Assembly (NCBI RefSeq): GCF_006345805.1
Contig: NC_042999.1
Coordinates: forward strand, 146,010,001-146,074,000
Origin: Octopus sinensis
Taxonomy: Eukaryota
Length of the DNA stretch: 64,000 nucleotides
Direction: 5' to 3'
The position numbers and the translations under genes are program-made. The notes under the pieces are model-generated. The model was not told where the DNA came from. It saw only the letters and a program-made list of their open reading frames with translations, and ran no database searches. Position 1 is the first letter of the stretch. Each line of letters opens with the position of its first letter. Shown piece by piece: positions 14,967 through 26,800 of this stretch.

Positions 14967-17152
14967 AGGGACCAGCTATCTGAGTTGACAGTTCCTTAGT
15001 AGTTAAGGCAATTAGTAGCATGAAGACAGGGAAAGCCCCAGGCCCATCAGGAATTACTGCAGAGATGCTTAAAATATCTGGTAGTGTCGGCTATAGCCTA
15101 GTCACCCATATAGTTAACCAGGTGATACACAAAGGAGTCATACCCAATGACTGGTGTAGCAGCATAATAGTCAACTGCTACAAAGGTAAGGGTGACGCTT
15201 TAGATACAAATAATTACAGAGGTATCAAGCTGTTGGATCAGGTAATGAAGGTTACAGAGAGGGTCATAGCCCAACTGATTAGGGGGAGAGTCAGCTTGGA
15301 TGAGATGCAGTTTGGTTTCGTGCCAGGAAAAAGCACCACTGATCCCATATTTCTGGTGAGACAGCTGCAGGAGAAATACCTAGCCAAGGATAAACCCCTG
15401 TACCTGGCTTTCGTTGACATGGAGAAAGCCTTTGACAGGGTCCCCCGATCCCTTATCTGGTGGTCAATGAGGAAACTAGGGATAGATGAATGGTTAGTGA
15501 GAGCTGTGCAAGCCATGTACAGAGACACTGTAAGTAAGGTGAGGGTTGGCAACGAGTACACTAAAGAATTCAAAGTAGAGGTAGGGGTCCACCAAGGTTC
15601 AGTCCTCAGCCCCCTCCTATTTATCATAGTCCTCCAGGCAATAACGGAGGAATTCAAGACAGGATGCCCCTGGGAGCTCCTCTATGCTGATGATCTTGCT
15701 CTAATTGCTGAGTCACTATCAGAACTAGAGGCAAAGTTTCAAGTGTGGAGAGAAGGATTAGAATCGAAGGGCCTTAAAATCAACCTAGCTAAAACCAAAG
15801 TCTTAATATGTAGGAAGGCAGGCAAATCACAAACGCCTTCAGGTAGATGGCCCTGCTCGATCTGTAGAAAAGGCGTAAGTAGAAACTCTATAAGATGCAC
15901 CAAGTAAAAGCTATAGACACATAAGAGGTGCAGCAATGTCAAAGGAAGGCTAACTGGGAAGATAGTTTTTGTATGTGGCAGATGCTCAGGAGCAATAAAC
16001 ATTGAAAATGCTCAGAGACCAACTTCCACCACATCTCAGGGAGAAAAACTAGAAGTAGTTGATAGCTTCTGTTACCTAGAAGACCAAGTCAGAAGCGGGG
16101 GCGGGTGTGCTGAAAGTAACTGCTAGAGTAAGAATAGCCTGGGCAAAGTTCAGAGAGCTCTTACCTCTGCTGGTGACAAAAGGCCTCTCACTCAGAACAA
16201 AAGGCAGACTGTATGACGCATGTGTACAAACAGCGATGCTACATGGCAGTGAAACATGGGCCGTGACTGCTGAGGATATGCGTAAGCTTGCAAGAAATGA
16301 AGCCAGTATGCTCCGATGGATGTGTAATGTCAGTGTTCATAATCGACAGAGTGTAAGTACCTTGAGAGAAAAGTTGGACCAAAGAAGCATCAGTTGTGGT
16401 GTACAAGAGAGACATTTGCGCTGATATGGTCATGTAGCGAGAATGGATGAAGATAGTTGTGTGAAAAAGTGCCACACCCTGGCGGTTGTGGGAACCTGTG
16501 GAAGAGGTAGACCCAGGAAAACCTGGGACGAGGTGGTGAAGAATGACCTTCGAACTTTAGGTCTCACCGAGGAAATGACCAGAGACCAAGACCTTTGGAA
16601 GTATGCTGTGCGTGGGAAGATCCGGCAGGACAAGTGAGACCATAACTCGTGGCCTCTACCTGGGATGTAGCCAGCCCACTTATGCATACCGTTCCTTCTT
16701 GTATCACAAACCCTACTTGTGAAGACCTGTTGAGGCAAGTGAAAACATTAATGGAAATTGTAGCTGAGATACCAGTGCCGGTGGCACGTAAAAGAACCAT
16801 CCAAACGTGGCCGTTGCCATCGCCGCCCCGACTGGCCTCTGTCGGTGGCACGTAAAAAGCACCATCCGATTGTGGCTGTTCCCAGCCTCGTCTGGCCCCC
16901 ATGCCAGTGGCACGTAAAAAGCCCAACCGATCATGGCCGTTTGCCAGCCTCGTCTGGCACCTATGCAGGTGGCACATAAAAAGCACCCACTACACTCCCG
17001 GACTGGTTGGCATTAGAGAGGGCATCCAGCTGTAGAAACACTGCCAGATCAGACTGGGCCTGGCGCAGCCTCCTGGCTTCCCAGACCCCAGTTGAACTGT
17101 CCAACCCATGCTAGCATGGAAAACAGCCGTTAAACGATGATGATGATGATGA
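14967..17152 (+). mobile_element. 5'-truncated RTE-clade LINE: RT domain, PHD-like finger, C-terminus, 3' UTR and (GAT)n tail
   Basis: ORF 15020-15907 has GKAPGPSG, NYRGIKLL, QFGFVPGKST, FVDMEKAFDRV, GVHQGSVLSPLLF, LLYADD. Disrupted continuation HGSETW...GRGRPRKTW ends at 16637. Tail at ~17137-17152. Confidence 0.95.
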
Positions 17153-18879
17153 TTTCATAGTGCTATTAAAACTTGTTGCTACATAGTGTTTCAGAAACAA
17201 AATCAGCCTGATAGGCCTCAATTTTACTGCAGACTGACTATAGCTGATTATGAGATGCAGAAGTTGTATAAGTGAAACAACTGTTTTGAGTAGGAATAAA
17301 AATATTATCATAAAGGTGGTTCTTGAAAAAAAAAAAAAACAAAAGAGAACTTATGACTTTATTGCTACCACTTATCAGTTGGTAAGCCCAGCATTTAAAA
17401 TATTTATGCATTATTACTTACTAATAGCAGATCCTAAATACTTATGGTTATCTTTAGTGTTATAAAGCCAAGTGGAGAGGGCAGCAGTCAACCAGATAAG
17501 ATGTTAGCAGACTGAGACCAATCAACAGCAATAAGATATACGCATGTTATCAAGATACAAAGCAATGCATCCATTCACTTAATAGAGGTTTTACTAATGA
17601 TAGTATATATAATGATAGTATATCCATCCCTGAATCAGCCTTGACTGAACAACCTAAGACAGAAAGCTCTCCAGTCATGACCATACTGCCTTTTTCTCGA
17701 ACCATAAAATCTAATGTATCCTTCAATTCATAAGACAATAAAAACAAACATGTTACCAGTTCAAATATGCCTCAAGCATATTTGAACCCATAAGACATTC
17801 AAGATATTTTGTTATGGAGAAAATTTTTTGCTGTAGACAAATAGATGTAAATACACTGAGTGAATATATGTTGGTAGATGTGATTATTTCAAGCAGGTTT
17901 GGTAACAGCATAAAGGAACCCCCCTCCTTAGCTCAGTGCTTGGAGTTCAGTTCTATGGGATTACATCATTCTTCGGTATAGGCTGTTGCTGTACTAAGAA
18001 TATAAGAATGGATTTGTTTTCTCCATTTTACTCCACTAAATTCTGGAGATAAGTACGAACACAACAAAAGATACTATTAAAGGAAATAATCTCCATGAAC
18101 ACAAAAATCCATCCTTCCATTTTCTTTGCCTACTATTCCTGGAGTGGTTGTGGGAGTCAAATCCTCAAGGAACCTCCTGTCAGTACTTCATTAGGTTCTA
18201 GGATGACCTTAAATCTACCCCAAGGCTTAAAAAGGGATAGGCTCAAACATATTGATTCTTGACACCTTATGACGACAAAGATCTTAACTATTTTCTAATG
18301 ACCCACTGTCATTACAAAAGCACTCAATGATCAGCACCCTATTAGTCGAAACTTCCATTTTGACAATTTAACTTAAGTACTAGTTAAAACCTCATCCTAA
18401 TTTGAAATTTTCAGATTATCAATTTTATCTTTCAGGAGTCTTATTTCTCAACCACAGGGTCCAGTCCTTGTTGTAGTCTGTTGGCTTGTTTGTCTCAGTG
18501 ACCAAGAGCTATGCTACTGGAGCAGAAGCTCCTGGTAGGACTTGCCCTGATGGACAAGACAAAGAATTGAAACCAGATTAACATGAACCACATCTCAGAG
18601 ATGAAAATAGCTTTGTTTAAGGTCAACAATCCTACCCAGAAGAAGTAAAAAGAAAAGGAAAGTTAGAGAAGCATCGATGGCAATTTCAAACCAATAAAAT
18701 TTGGGAGAGAAACATCTTCCTTCAAGTCCTTCAAGATGGGAAACTGAGGAAGAGTGGAAAAGCAGAGATCCAAATGGAAAGAAGCAGAAAAGGCAGCCCA
18801 AAGTCAAGAACAGTAGAGAAATATTGTCTCTGGCCAACATTCCATGGGAAGAACATAATGGAATAGAAATCAATATGCT

Positions 18880-19236
18880 AGTAGGGTGCCAATCTGAGCA
18901 TGATTGTTGCCAGAGCAGCCAACTGGCTTCCATACCCGTGGCACGTAAAAGGGCACCATTCAAGCGTGATCATTACCAACGTTGCTTCACTGGCACATGT
19001 AAAAAGATTCGAGCAAGGTCATTGCCAGTACCGCCTGACTGGCCACTGTGCGGGTGGCACGTAAAAAGCACCCACTACACACTCGGGGTGGTTGGCGTTA
19101 GGAAGGGCATCCAGCTGTAGAAACTCTACCAGATCAAGATTGGAGCCTGGTGCAGCCATCTGGTTCACCAGCCCTCAGTCAAAATCGTCCAACCCATGCT
19201 AGCATGGAAGGCAGATGTTAAACAATGATGATGATA
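18880..19236 (+). mobile_element. RTE 3' UTR remnant
   Basis: gtggcacgtaaaa modules, ggaagggcatccagctgtagaaac, tail gatgatgat at ~19226-19236. Confidence 0.85.
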
Positions 19237-19383
19237 GGTTGAGAGGAGAGGTATATATTATATCAAAGTTGAAAGTCAACTGAGTTTCACTCTTAGTTGA
19301 GCTATGGGTGAAACTCAGAGTAGACTGTCAACTTTGCTATAATATATAAAAGTATTGTTCATATAATACGTATATCAACTTAC

Positions 19384-19417
19384 CAGTACATGTAAAAGTA
19401 CCACAAGTAATAGCAGC
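19384..19417 (-). CDS. Coding exon 2 (34-nt microexon) of the WBP1/VOPP1-like gene
   Basis: Acceptor ttttgttttctcttttatacag| and donor |GTAAGT. Encodes AAITCGTFTCT(G), phase 0 to phase 1, matching both neighbouring exons. Confidence 0.72.
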
Positions 19418-20059
19418 CTGTATAAAAGAGAAAACAAAATAAAGAGGAACTCGTTAATAGAAGTTAAATAAATAAATGAATAATATCTGATATTGCTTTA
19501 AAACAAGAAAAACAAAATTTTAAATTTGAATGTATTAACTAAAGCAGTTGCAACTGAAATTATTTTTGAGAAATATTAAAATACTAATATTGTAGATGAA
19601 AAAACATTAGTCTTAAATCATCCAAATTGTAGTGAACGTAGGAAGGATATATTAGACATCCTTGATAACATCCAAAGCAGTGGTTCTCAACCATATTTTG
19701 CTTATGGAAATCCTTTGATTCCTACTTTGCTCTACTGGACTTTCATAGTCATTCACTATATATAACAGATATTACTGTATTTTTATAATTAAATATAAAA
19801 AATTGTAAAAAAAACATTTTAATATTTTGTGTATAGTAGAAAAGTTATTGCACATAAATTTTAGCACCAAAATCTTGTATGGACCCTCAACCCGACTGAA
19901 TGGAATGAAGTTTCAGCATATGTTAAGCATGGAGTGATTCTTATTGGAAGAGATATATGCATGATGCACTGAAGAAGACCAGAATGAAATTCGTTAAAGA
20001 AAATGTTTATGCAAAAAGAGTTTTGAGATCAAACATCTGGACTAAGAGTATGCAAACAT

Positions 20060-21752
20060 AAAGGTCGACTGAAAAGTTTGTGAGCTGACCAAGATACTCT
20101 CATAGAAGCTAACCAAATGAGATTTATTTTTCAAAATTAGTCCTCCTTGCAGTTTTCACACTTCTTCTAATGGTGTTGCAGTGTTGGATCCCATTAAGGA
20201 AGAGGCTTTCATCCTGTTGGTCAAAAAAGTCAACAGCAGATATGACATCATCACTGTGATACAGGTTCCCGATCAAATGATTTTTTTTTATGTGGGGGAA
20301 CAGATGATAGTTGGATGAGATTAAATCATGAGAATAGGGAGGGTGATCAACCAGTTCAAAGCCACAATCATGCACAGCAGCCATTGAAATGAACTTGTGT
20401 ACTGGAGCATTGTCCTGATGAAACAAGACCCCTTTTTGTCAGTTTTCCTGGGTGTTTAGTCTTGATAGGTTTTCATAACTGCTTCAGCAAGTTGGCATAG
20501 ACTCTCCATTGGTAGAGCGGTCCTTTTGAAGATAGTTAAAGCTGAGCTAGCGTGCGCTAGATTAGAACCATCCAGCCAGTCACAACCATCATCAGCAGGA
20601 ATATTAGTTGAGGAATTTGAGTCTGATGAAGTAGAACTAGGATCGGTCCTCTGACTGTTACCACCAACTCTTTTCTGGTGCCAGAGCTGTAGGTTTTGAG
20701 CTATCTGCTGTCTATTCTGCTTATGTTCTTCTTCACTTAGAGTGTGCATTCTATTAAGTGGTGGTGATGGTGAAGCCCCATTCTGAATTGGGATTGCAGA
20801 CTGTGGACTCACATTGCCAGAAGTGCCATTCTTAGCAAATACATCAGAAAATATTGGTGGAGAATTTATGTGGTGCTGGCCATCATTGGTGTGCATAGAA
20901 TCTGACATAGAATGAGTCATGCCCTGTTTATCATGTGGAGGATTTTTAGAAGATTGACTATTATGTCATTTAACATGTGAATGAGGTTTTGTAGGTTTTT
21001 CAGTTATAACAACAGAATCCATTTGTAGCAGTTCCTGGGATTGTCGAAGATAGTTTTCTACCATCATTGCTTAAACTAACAGATGGAGATCCGTGTAATT
21101 TCCCTTCTTCACTGAGGCAGCCTTTAGATTTTGTTGATACAATGCCTTTTTACATCCCAAAAGACTGAGGCCATCATCTTCTCAGCAGATAACACAACCT
21201 CAGCCTTCTTTAGAGAAGGTGAGGAGTTTTCCACTACCTCAAAGTGATGAATCCAACACGCATCCTGGATTTTAGAAATGTTCAAGGAAACCAGCTGGAT
21301 CTGCCTCAAACAATGCCAGGTTTTCCCCAATGATATGATCAACCTGGTGTGCTTTTGAGCAGGTGTCAGAGGACGTGGTATCCACCAAGCAGAAACCCTC
21401 ATTATGTCACATTCATTGTGCTGAATATTCTCAACTCTTTCATGAGATATGCTAACAGTATTGGCTTCTTGATTGATAGTCAGTTGCCTGCCGTCCTTCA
21501 CCATGTGACTGGATGTCCAAACTTAGGATCATCTTTAGGACACTCCCTTACCCTCCTAAAATCAGCTGCCCACTTTTGCACTGTTGATAAAGCTGGGATG
21601 TTATCCCCTAATATAGCAACATGTCATGATGAATATTGTTGGAGGTTAAACTCTTGGCGAAGGTAAAGAATACACACACCCAGTGTTTAGGATAAGGGTT
21701 ATACTGTAAATGGGTGGTGTGCGTATTCTAAACTCTTTTTCAGCAGGTACTT
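20060..21752 (-). mobile_element. Mariner transposon, decayed, interrupted by a ~600 bp foreign insert
   Basis: Minus-strand pieces VQKWAADF, RVSAWWIPRPLT, KMMASVFWDV, then after the insert YLQK...YANLL, FHQDNAPVHK, HPPYSHDL..NYHLFPHIKK. Degenerate TIRs at ~20060 (aaggtcgactgaaaagttt) and ~21730-21752. Confidence 0.9.
20538..21138 (-). pseudogene. Captured fragment of an unidentified host protein-coding sequence inside the mariner
   Basis: One ~200-codon frame (LYQQNLKAASVKKGNYTDLHLLV*AMMVENYLRQSQELLQ...HVK*HNSQ...EEEHKQNRQQIAQNLQLWHQKR...AHASSAL) with only two in-frame stops, TAA at 21071-21073 and TGA at 20966-20968. Confidence 0.75.
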
Positions 21753-21989
21753 GATAACACTGCCAAATTTTGTCCCTTTTCAAGCGAAGTCACCATAAGG
21801 GACTTTTGTAGTAGTCTTTGAAGAGTCAGATGTCAGTTTACCTGGAAAGAAACAATGCAATCATTAATGAGATTTTACAGGTCGAGCATCCCTCGAACAG
21901 CAAAAAAATCAAATCATCAAACTATATTTGTATATGAAGTAGTATTTTATAAGTTGGAGCAGAAACAGACACAGCAGCCTGTGAGATTT

Positions 21990-22090
21990 TATGAATGGCA
22001 TGGAGATCTTTAGGACACAGTGAGGAACGCATGCGCCTGGCTCCGGAGCCGTCTTGAGGTCATTATCGAAGCTGAAGGCAGTTATTTTAG
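21990..22090 (+). mobile_element. Tc1/mariner-superfamily transposase C-terminal remnant
   Basis: Translates approximately DTVRNACAWLRSRLEVIIEAEGSYF, like the usual Tc1/maT C-terminal motif. Confidence 0.6.
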
Positions 22091-23662
22091 GTATACGGTT
22101 ATCTCCCAGCCATAATCTAGTTGATACATTTTTTATTTTGTTTTTTTTTTAAATACGTTTACCTTTGGATGGAATATTGTTTTCTTTTCCTTTTACACAA
22201 ACTGTCAAATTTAACCCTGTACATTGTGTGTAACAGTCGGAAATGAACAACTGAACCTCAAATGACATACATGTTAAGTATTTAGCTATTTAGAATCATT
22301 TTAATAAAAATTCAAAGTAAAATCATTTTACGTCCTGAGGCAAAATTTCCCCATTTAAACATCATATTCTTAAAACAAGGTGACCACGTTAGGTTTATTT
22401 ATTGATTTTTTTATGACACGCGGAAACTTCTGATAAACATTTCGTTTTACAATGTTTAATTTTAGTGCTGACTTTTTCAAACACGCCCTATATCATTTAC
22501 ATGATATTGCATCTGATAAAACAAAAACTAATACTTTGTCACACAACTACAGCCATATAACATTAATCAAATTCAAATTTTGGGGACTGCAAAATATTTT
22601 AGACGCCCTCCTCCGACCCAGCTTGTTTGTCATTGGGGGTAGTTTTAGTTTTGTAATTAATCATTTTGCACTGCTAGTATTGTAGGTATTTTGTATTATT
22701 CATTATGGGGTCATTAATCTTTATAGATAAGAGTGATTATAGAGATTTAGCCGTGAATGTTAACGGGTCGATCAACTGTAGAGACGTTCTATTATGAAAT
22801 AAGTATAAATGTGCAAATATTAACTACACCAAAAATATCCCCATGACAAACAACATGCCATTAAAAAAATCCGGAGCTGCCAAATTCCATACATCCATAT
22901 GAAAAGGAAAATTTATCTCTTCCAGCATTTTTGAGTATCCTTCTTTCATATAACGGAAACTACGTTTTTTTTTACTATTTCATTTATTTTCAAAAGTTTT
23001 GAGACAATGAAAGACAAAAAAGGACCTCAGCGGAATTTGAACCCAGAACGTAAAGAGCCTATCAAATACAGCAATAGTTCAAAACTGATTTCGTGAAGTT
23101 TCTGTTTGAAAAACATGAAGTAACTGGACGTGGAGCGGAGATACTACCTTGTAACAAATCGAGTTTAAAAACTCTTAGCGAATAAATATTGTGTATTGAT
23201 TAGTATTACTGTATTCACTTACGTTTTAATGTCAACGATTAATAATATATAGGTTAAAGTTATTTACTGAAAAGTTGGAAAAATTTTTCTCTCCCAGCAA
23301 CTAAGTTTCTTTTGTTTCTCAAAACGAAATACCGGCAACAAAAATAAATATAAAATATATTTAATTATAACAAGAAATATATTTCATACACTCAAGACGT
23401 GTTCAAAACACCCTTAGCCTACTCTTCTTTAGTTCTATATCAACGAAAGTATTCCAAACTTTAACAGTATCGTATTTTGTCAGGCAGTTTAGGTATCATT
23501 TTTTATTGAGTTTGAAGAGATATGACTGTTATTTCTAGCACGAGAGACTGCATCAAAACTATCAAAGTACGTCGTCTGTTCAGGCAGCGTTAAAAAATGA
23601 CGGGACGGGGTTCAGCATTCCAATAACGAACGCAATTAATAAATAAATGAATATAAACTTAC

Positions 23663-23734
23663 CTTCACGATAGTTGCAAGGTTGAGAAAAATAAGCGGAA
23701 AAGCTCCGTAGGCGAGTGAAAGATTTTCGAACAT
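23663..23734 (-). CDS. Coding exon 1 (signal peptide) of a WBP1/VOPP1/Shisa-like Cys-rich membrane protein gene
   Basis: ATG at 23734 gives MFENLSLAYGAFPLIFLNLATIVK (72 nt, hydrophobic, signal-peptide-like), followed by donor AAG|GTAAGT in phase 0. It splices in frame with the exons at 19384-19417 and 11430-11498. Confidence 0.7.
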
Positions 23735-24000
23735 TTCTGGTTAAAATTTAAAGAAACACAATATCCCAGAAATTAAAATGTTTATATAATATTTATATAA
23801 ATGATATGGTACAACCTAATAATATACACGAAACACACACAGAAAAAAAAGAAAAGAGTCGAGATGCTTTTGCGTCGTATAAAAAAAAATGTAAATAAAG
23901 AACTCTGAGTGAACGTGAAAGTTTTACCAGAAACAACAAATAAATAAATAAATGTTATTTTAATCGTTAACGATTGGTCAATTCATTTATTCTCTGATGT
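23735..24000 (-). promoter_or_regulatory. Candidate 5' UTR/promoter of the WBP1/VOPP1-like gene
   Basis: Directly upstream of the ATG, non-repetitive and locally richer in CpG. CCAAT on the minus strand at 23973-23977. TSS not determinable. Confidence 0.3.
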
Positions 24001-24205
24001 ATGTGCGCGCGCGTATGTGTGTGAGAAAGAGTAATGTACATACATACATACATACATACATACATACATAAACACACACTGATACATACATACGTACGTA
24101 CGTACATACATACATACCTACATACATACATACATACGTACATACATACGGAGTGCAGAATTTGCCATTGTGTTCAGCCGTGCTTAAGAACAGGGTTCCG
24201 CGGAT

Positions 24206-24360
24206 CATTAGCATAGCTAAGGGTGGGCGGTAGGGGCAGTCCGCCCCAGGCGGCACTTTTGGGTCTGCTGTAGGCAATGTGTTTTTTTCTTTTTTTGTGG
24301 GGTCCGGGTACGGCAACAAAAGGGCCTCCCCAGGCAGCACAAACTCTAGCTACGCTAGTA
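24206..24360. mobile_element. hAT-type GC-rich MITE
   Basis: Imperfect TIRs cattagcatagcta / tagctacgctagta. Flanks ccgcggat / ccgtggac (6/8 TSD match). Confidence 0.6.
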
Positions 24361-24587
24361 CCGTGGACCAAGAGGACCCATCTTCCTGCTCGTCCCCCAA
24401 TTTTAACTACTAAATTTCCTGAGCGGGTATGCCTGACTCTCCAAGTAGGGGTCCTTATAACTTAAACAGGGCCTCATTTGTCCTATATCTGGCAGTGTAC
24501 ATACATACATGCATACATACAAATATACATACATAGACCCCCTTTCTCTCTCTATGTATATATGTATGTATGTATGTATGTATGCAT

Positions 24588-24751
24588 GCAGGCGCAGGTT
24601 TGGCTGTGTGGTGAGCAGTCTGCTTCCAGGTTCAGTTCCACTTTTTGGCACATTGGGCAAATGTTTTCTACTATAGCCTTGGACCGACTAAAGCCACGTG
24701 GGTGGGTTCGATCGAAGGTAACTGAAAGAAATTCGTCATGTGTATACATAC

Positions 24752-24786
<35 letters not shown>

Positions 24787-24800
24787 TGTATGTATGTATG
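24588..24800 (+). mobile_element. tRNA-derived CORE-type SINE
   Basis: ggcgcaggtttggctgtgtggtgag...ggttcagttccac...ttgggcaaatgttttctactatagcc, running into (TATG)n. Confidence 0.7.
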
Positions 24801-24880
24801 TATGTATGTATGTATGTATGTATGTATGTATGTATGTATGTATGTATTTATGTATGTATGTATGTATTTATATATATATA
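24740..24880. repeat. (TATG)n microsatellite
   Basis: Direct reading. Confidence 0.95.
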
Positions 24881-25305
24881 AAATATAAATTAGAGATAAA
24901 ACCACTATTATATATATTCTTTTATTCTTTTACTTGGATCAATCATTTGACTGCGGCCGTGCTGGAACACCGTTTTAACGAAGTCACGTCTTGTCCCTAC
25001 CTTCGAAACGCTGAGTAGATAAAACAGGGGACAACTGATGAAGGGAATGTTCTTTATGTTGCCTGTTTCGTTTCTCTATTTGTTTCTTTCGATGTCCGAA
25101 AAAAAGTTCGTTTTCTATGTTTTTTTTATGTTCTCGTTTTTCATTTTGTTCACGTTTTTTGATGTCCTGTACCCATATATGCATGTATATATACATATAT
25201 ATATGTAGGTATGTACATATATGTATGTATATATGCATATACTTATACATTATTTATGTTATTATATGATCGAATGCCACGCATCCATTTCCAAGTAAGT
25301 TTTAC

Positions 25306-25377
<72 letters not shown>

Positions 25378-25647
25378 ATATATATATATATATATATACG
25401 TAGAGTAGATGAAACCATAGCGACTGAAGAAGGGGTTTTTTTCTTTGTGTTAATTGTCCTGTACTCCATTTTTTGTTGTTTTTTAAAAAAATGTCCAGTT
25501 CCTTTGGTTTGTGTCTATGTTTTCGTTTCTCTTTGTGTTCGACGTCCCTTTGGTGTCCTGTACTCATATATGCGTGTATATGTACATGTAGAGGTAGGTA
25601 CGTACATATATGTTTATATATATGCATATGTTTTATTTCTTTTATTA

Positions 25648-25717
<70 letters not shown>

Positions 25718-26073
25718 TCGTAAGACACTTGTTGTTTTCACCGTTAATGCTTCTGTATTTCATGTCTCTGTATTCCATTATTGTTTTTTGTTTTTTTTAT
25801 ATCTGTCCCTTTTGCTGTCCTGGTGTTCGTATGCATTCGATCCTTCTTCCAGGAAATCTACGCTTCCAGCTTAGTTTTTCTAATGCTCGTTGCTTAGTTT
25901 TTCTTGGAGGGCTGGCCGTGATCTAGTAATCTCAAGATTAATCAGCCGAAATTACTACGATGATCCGGTTCTTGACTGAAGACTGAGGGGTTCGAATGTC
26001 CTGTCCATGTTTATTGTGTCGTCTTCTAAGAGTTATACGTTCTTGTCCATGTTGTATTTTTCTACATACCTTA

Positions 26074-26146
<73 letters not shown>

Positions 26147-26574
26147 ATAAGGATGAAAAGGAACACACGAGTTGATATATATGAAAAAGAAAAGTTTTTT
26201 TAAAAGAATATTTGTATAGTGTTCAAATATAAGTGACATTTTCCTTGTTTCTGCCGTCTCTTTCTCTCTTGTTTACTCTTGTGGGTTCGAGGTCGTTGTG
26301 AATTCTTGGTAGGGAAGAAGAAGGAGGAGGAGGAGAAAAAGGGGAGGAAGAAGACGAAGACTTTGGGAGTGCCTTGATTGTAGTATTTTGAATGGTCAGT
26401 GGAGCAGTTGCTGTTCAATTCATGAAAATATTTCTATTGAAAGTTTTGTTTATATAATTTATTTGCGTAGGTGTTATACTAAAAAGCATTAGTGATAAAG
26501 TTAGGAAGGAGGAGGGGGAGAAGAAGAAGAAGAAGTGACGGGGACGTAAACATACCAGCATCGGTTGTAAAACA

Positions 26575-26800
26575 ATGCTAGGGGGACAAACACAGACACA
26601 CAAACACACACACACACACATATATATACATATATACGACAGGCTTCTTTCAGTTTCCGTCTACCAAATCCACTCACAAGGCATTGGTCGGCCCGGGGCT
26701 ATAGCAGAAGGCACTTGCCCAAGATGCCACGCAGTGGGACTGAACCCAGAACCATGTGGTTGGTTAGCAAGCTACTTACCACACAGCCACTCCTGCGCCT
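26575..26800 (-). mobile_element. tRNA-derived CORE-type SINE abutting the CR1 fragment
   Basis: Reverse complement of ggcgcaggagtggctgtgtggtaag...gggttcagtcccactgcgtggc...ttgggcaagtg. Confidence 0.85.

Noticed and set aside
20456-21504. SETMAR-like functional transposase-host fusion gene
   Set aside because: The insert is out of frame with the transposase at both junctions, and both parts carry stops or frameshifts.
21793-21840. Cryptic or poison exon in intron 1 (ttgtttctttccag|GTAAACTGA)
   Set aside because: Immediate stop in phase 0 and only a weak donor. Such sites arise often by chance.
23987-26240. Many ORFs rich in YI/MYVC/HT/LSIY (also 35307-35543, 42028-42690, 47028-47520, 55867-56085, 57865-58159)
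   Set aside because: Translations of microsatellites.
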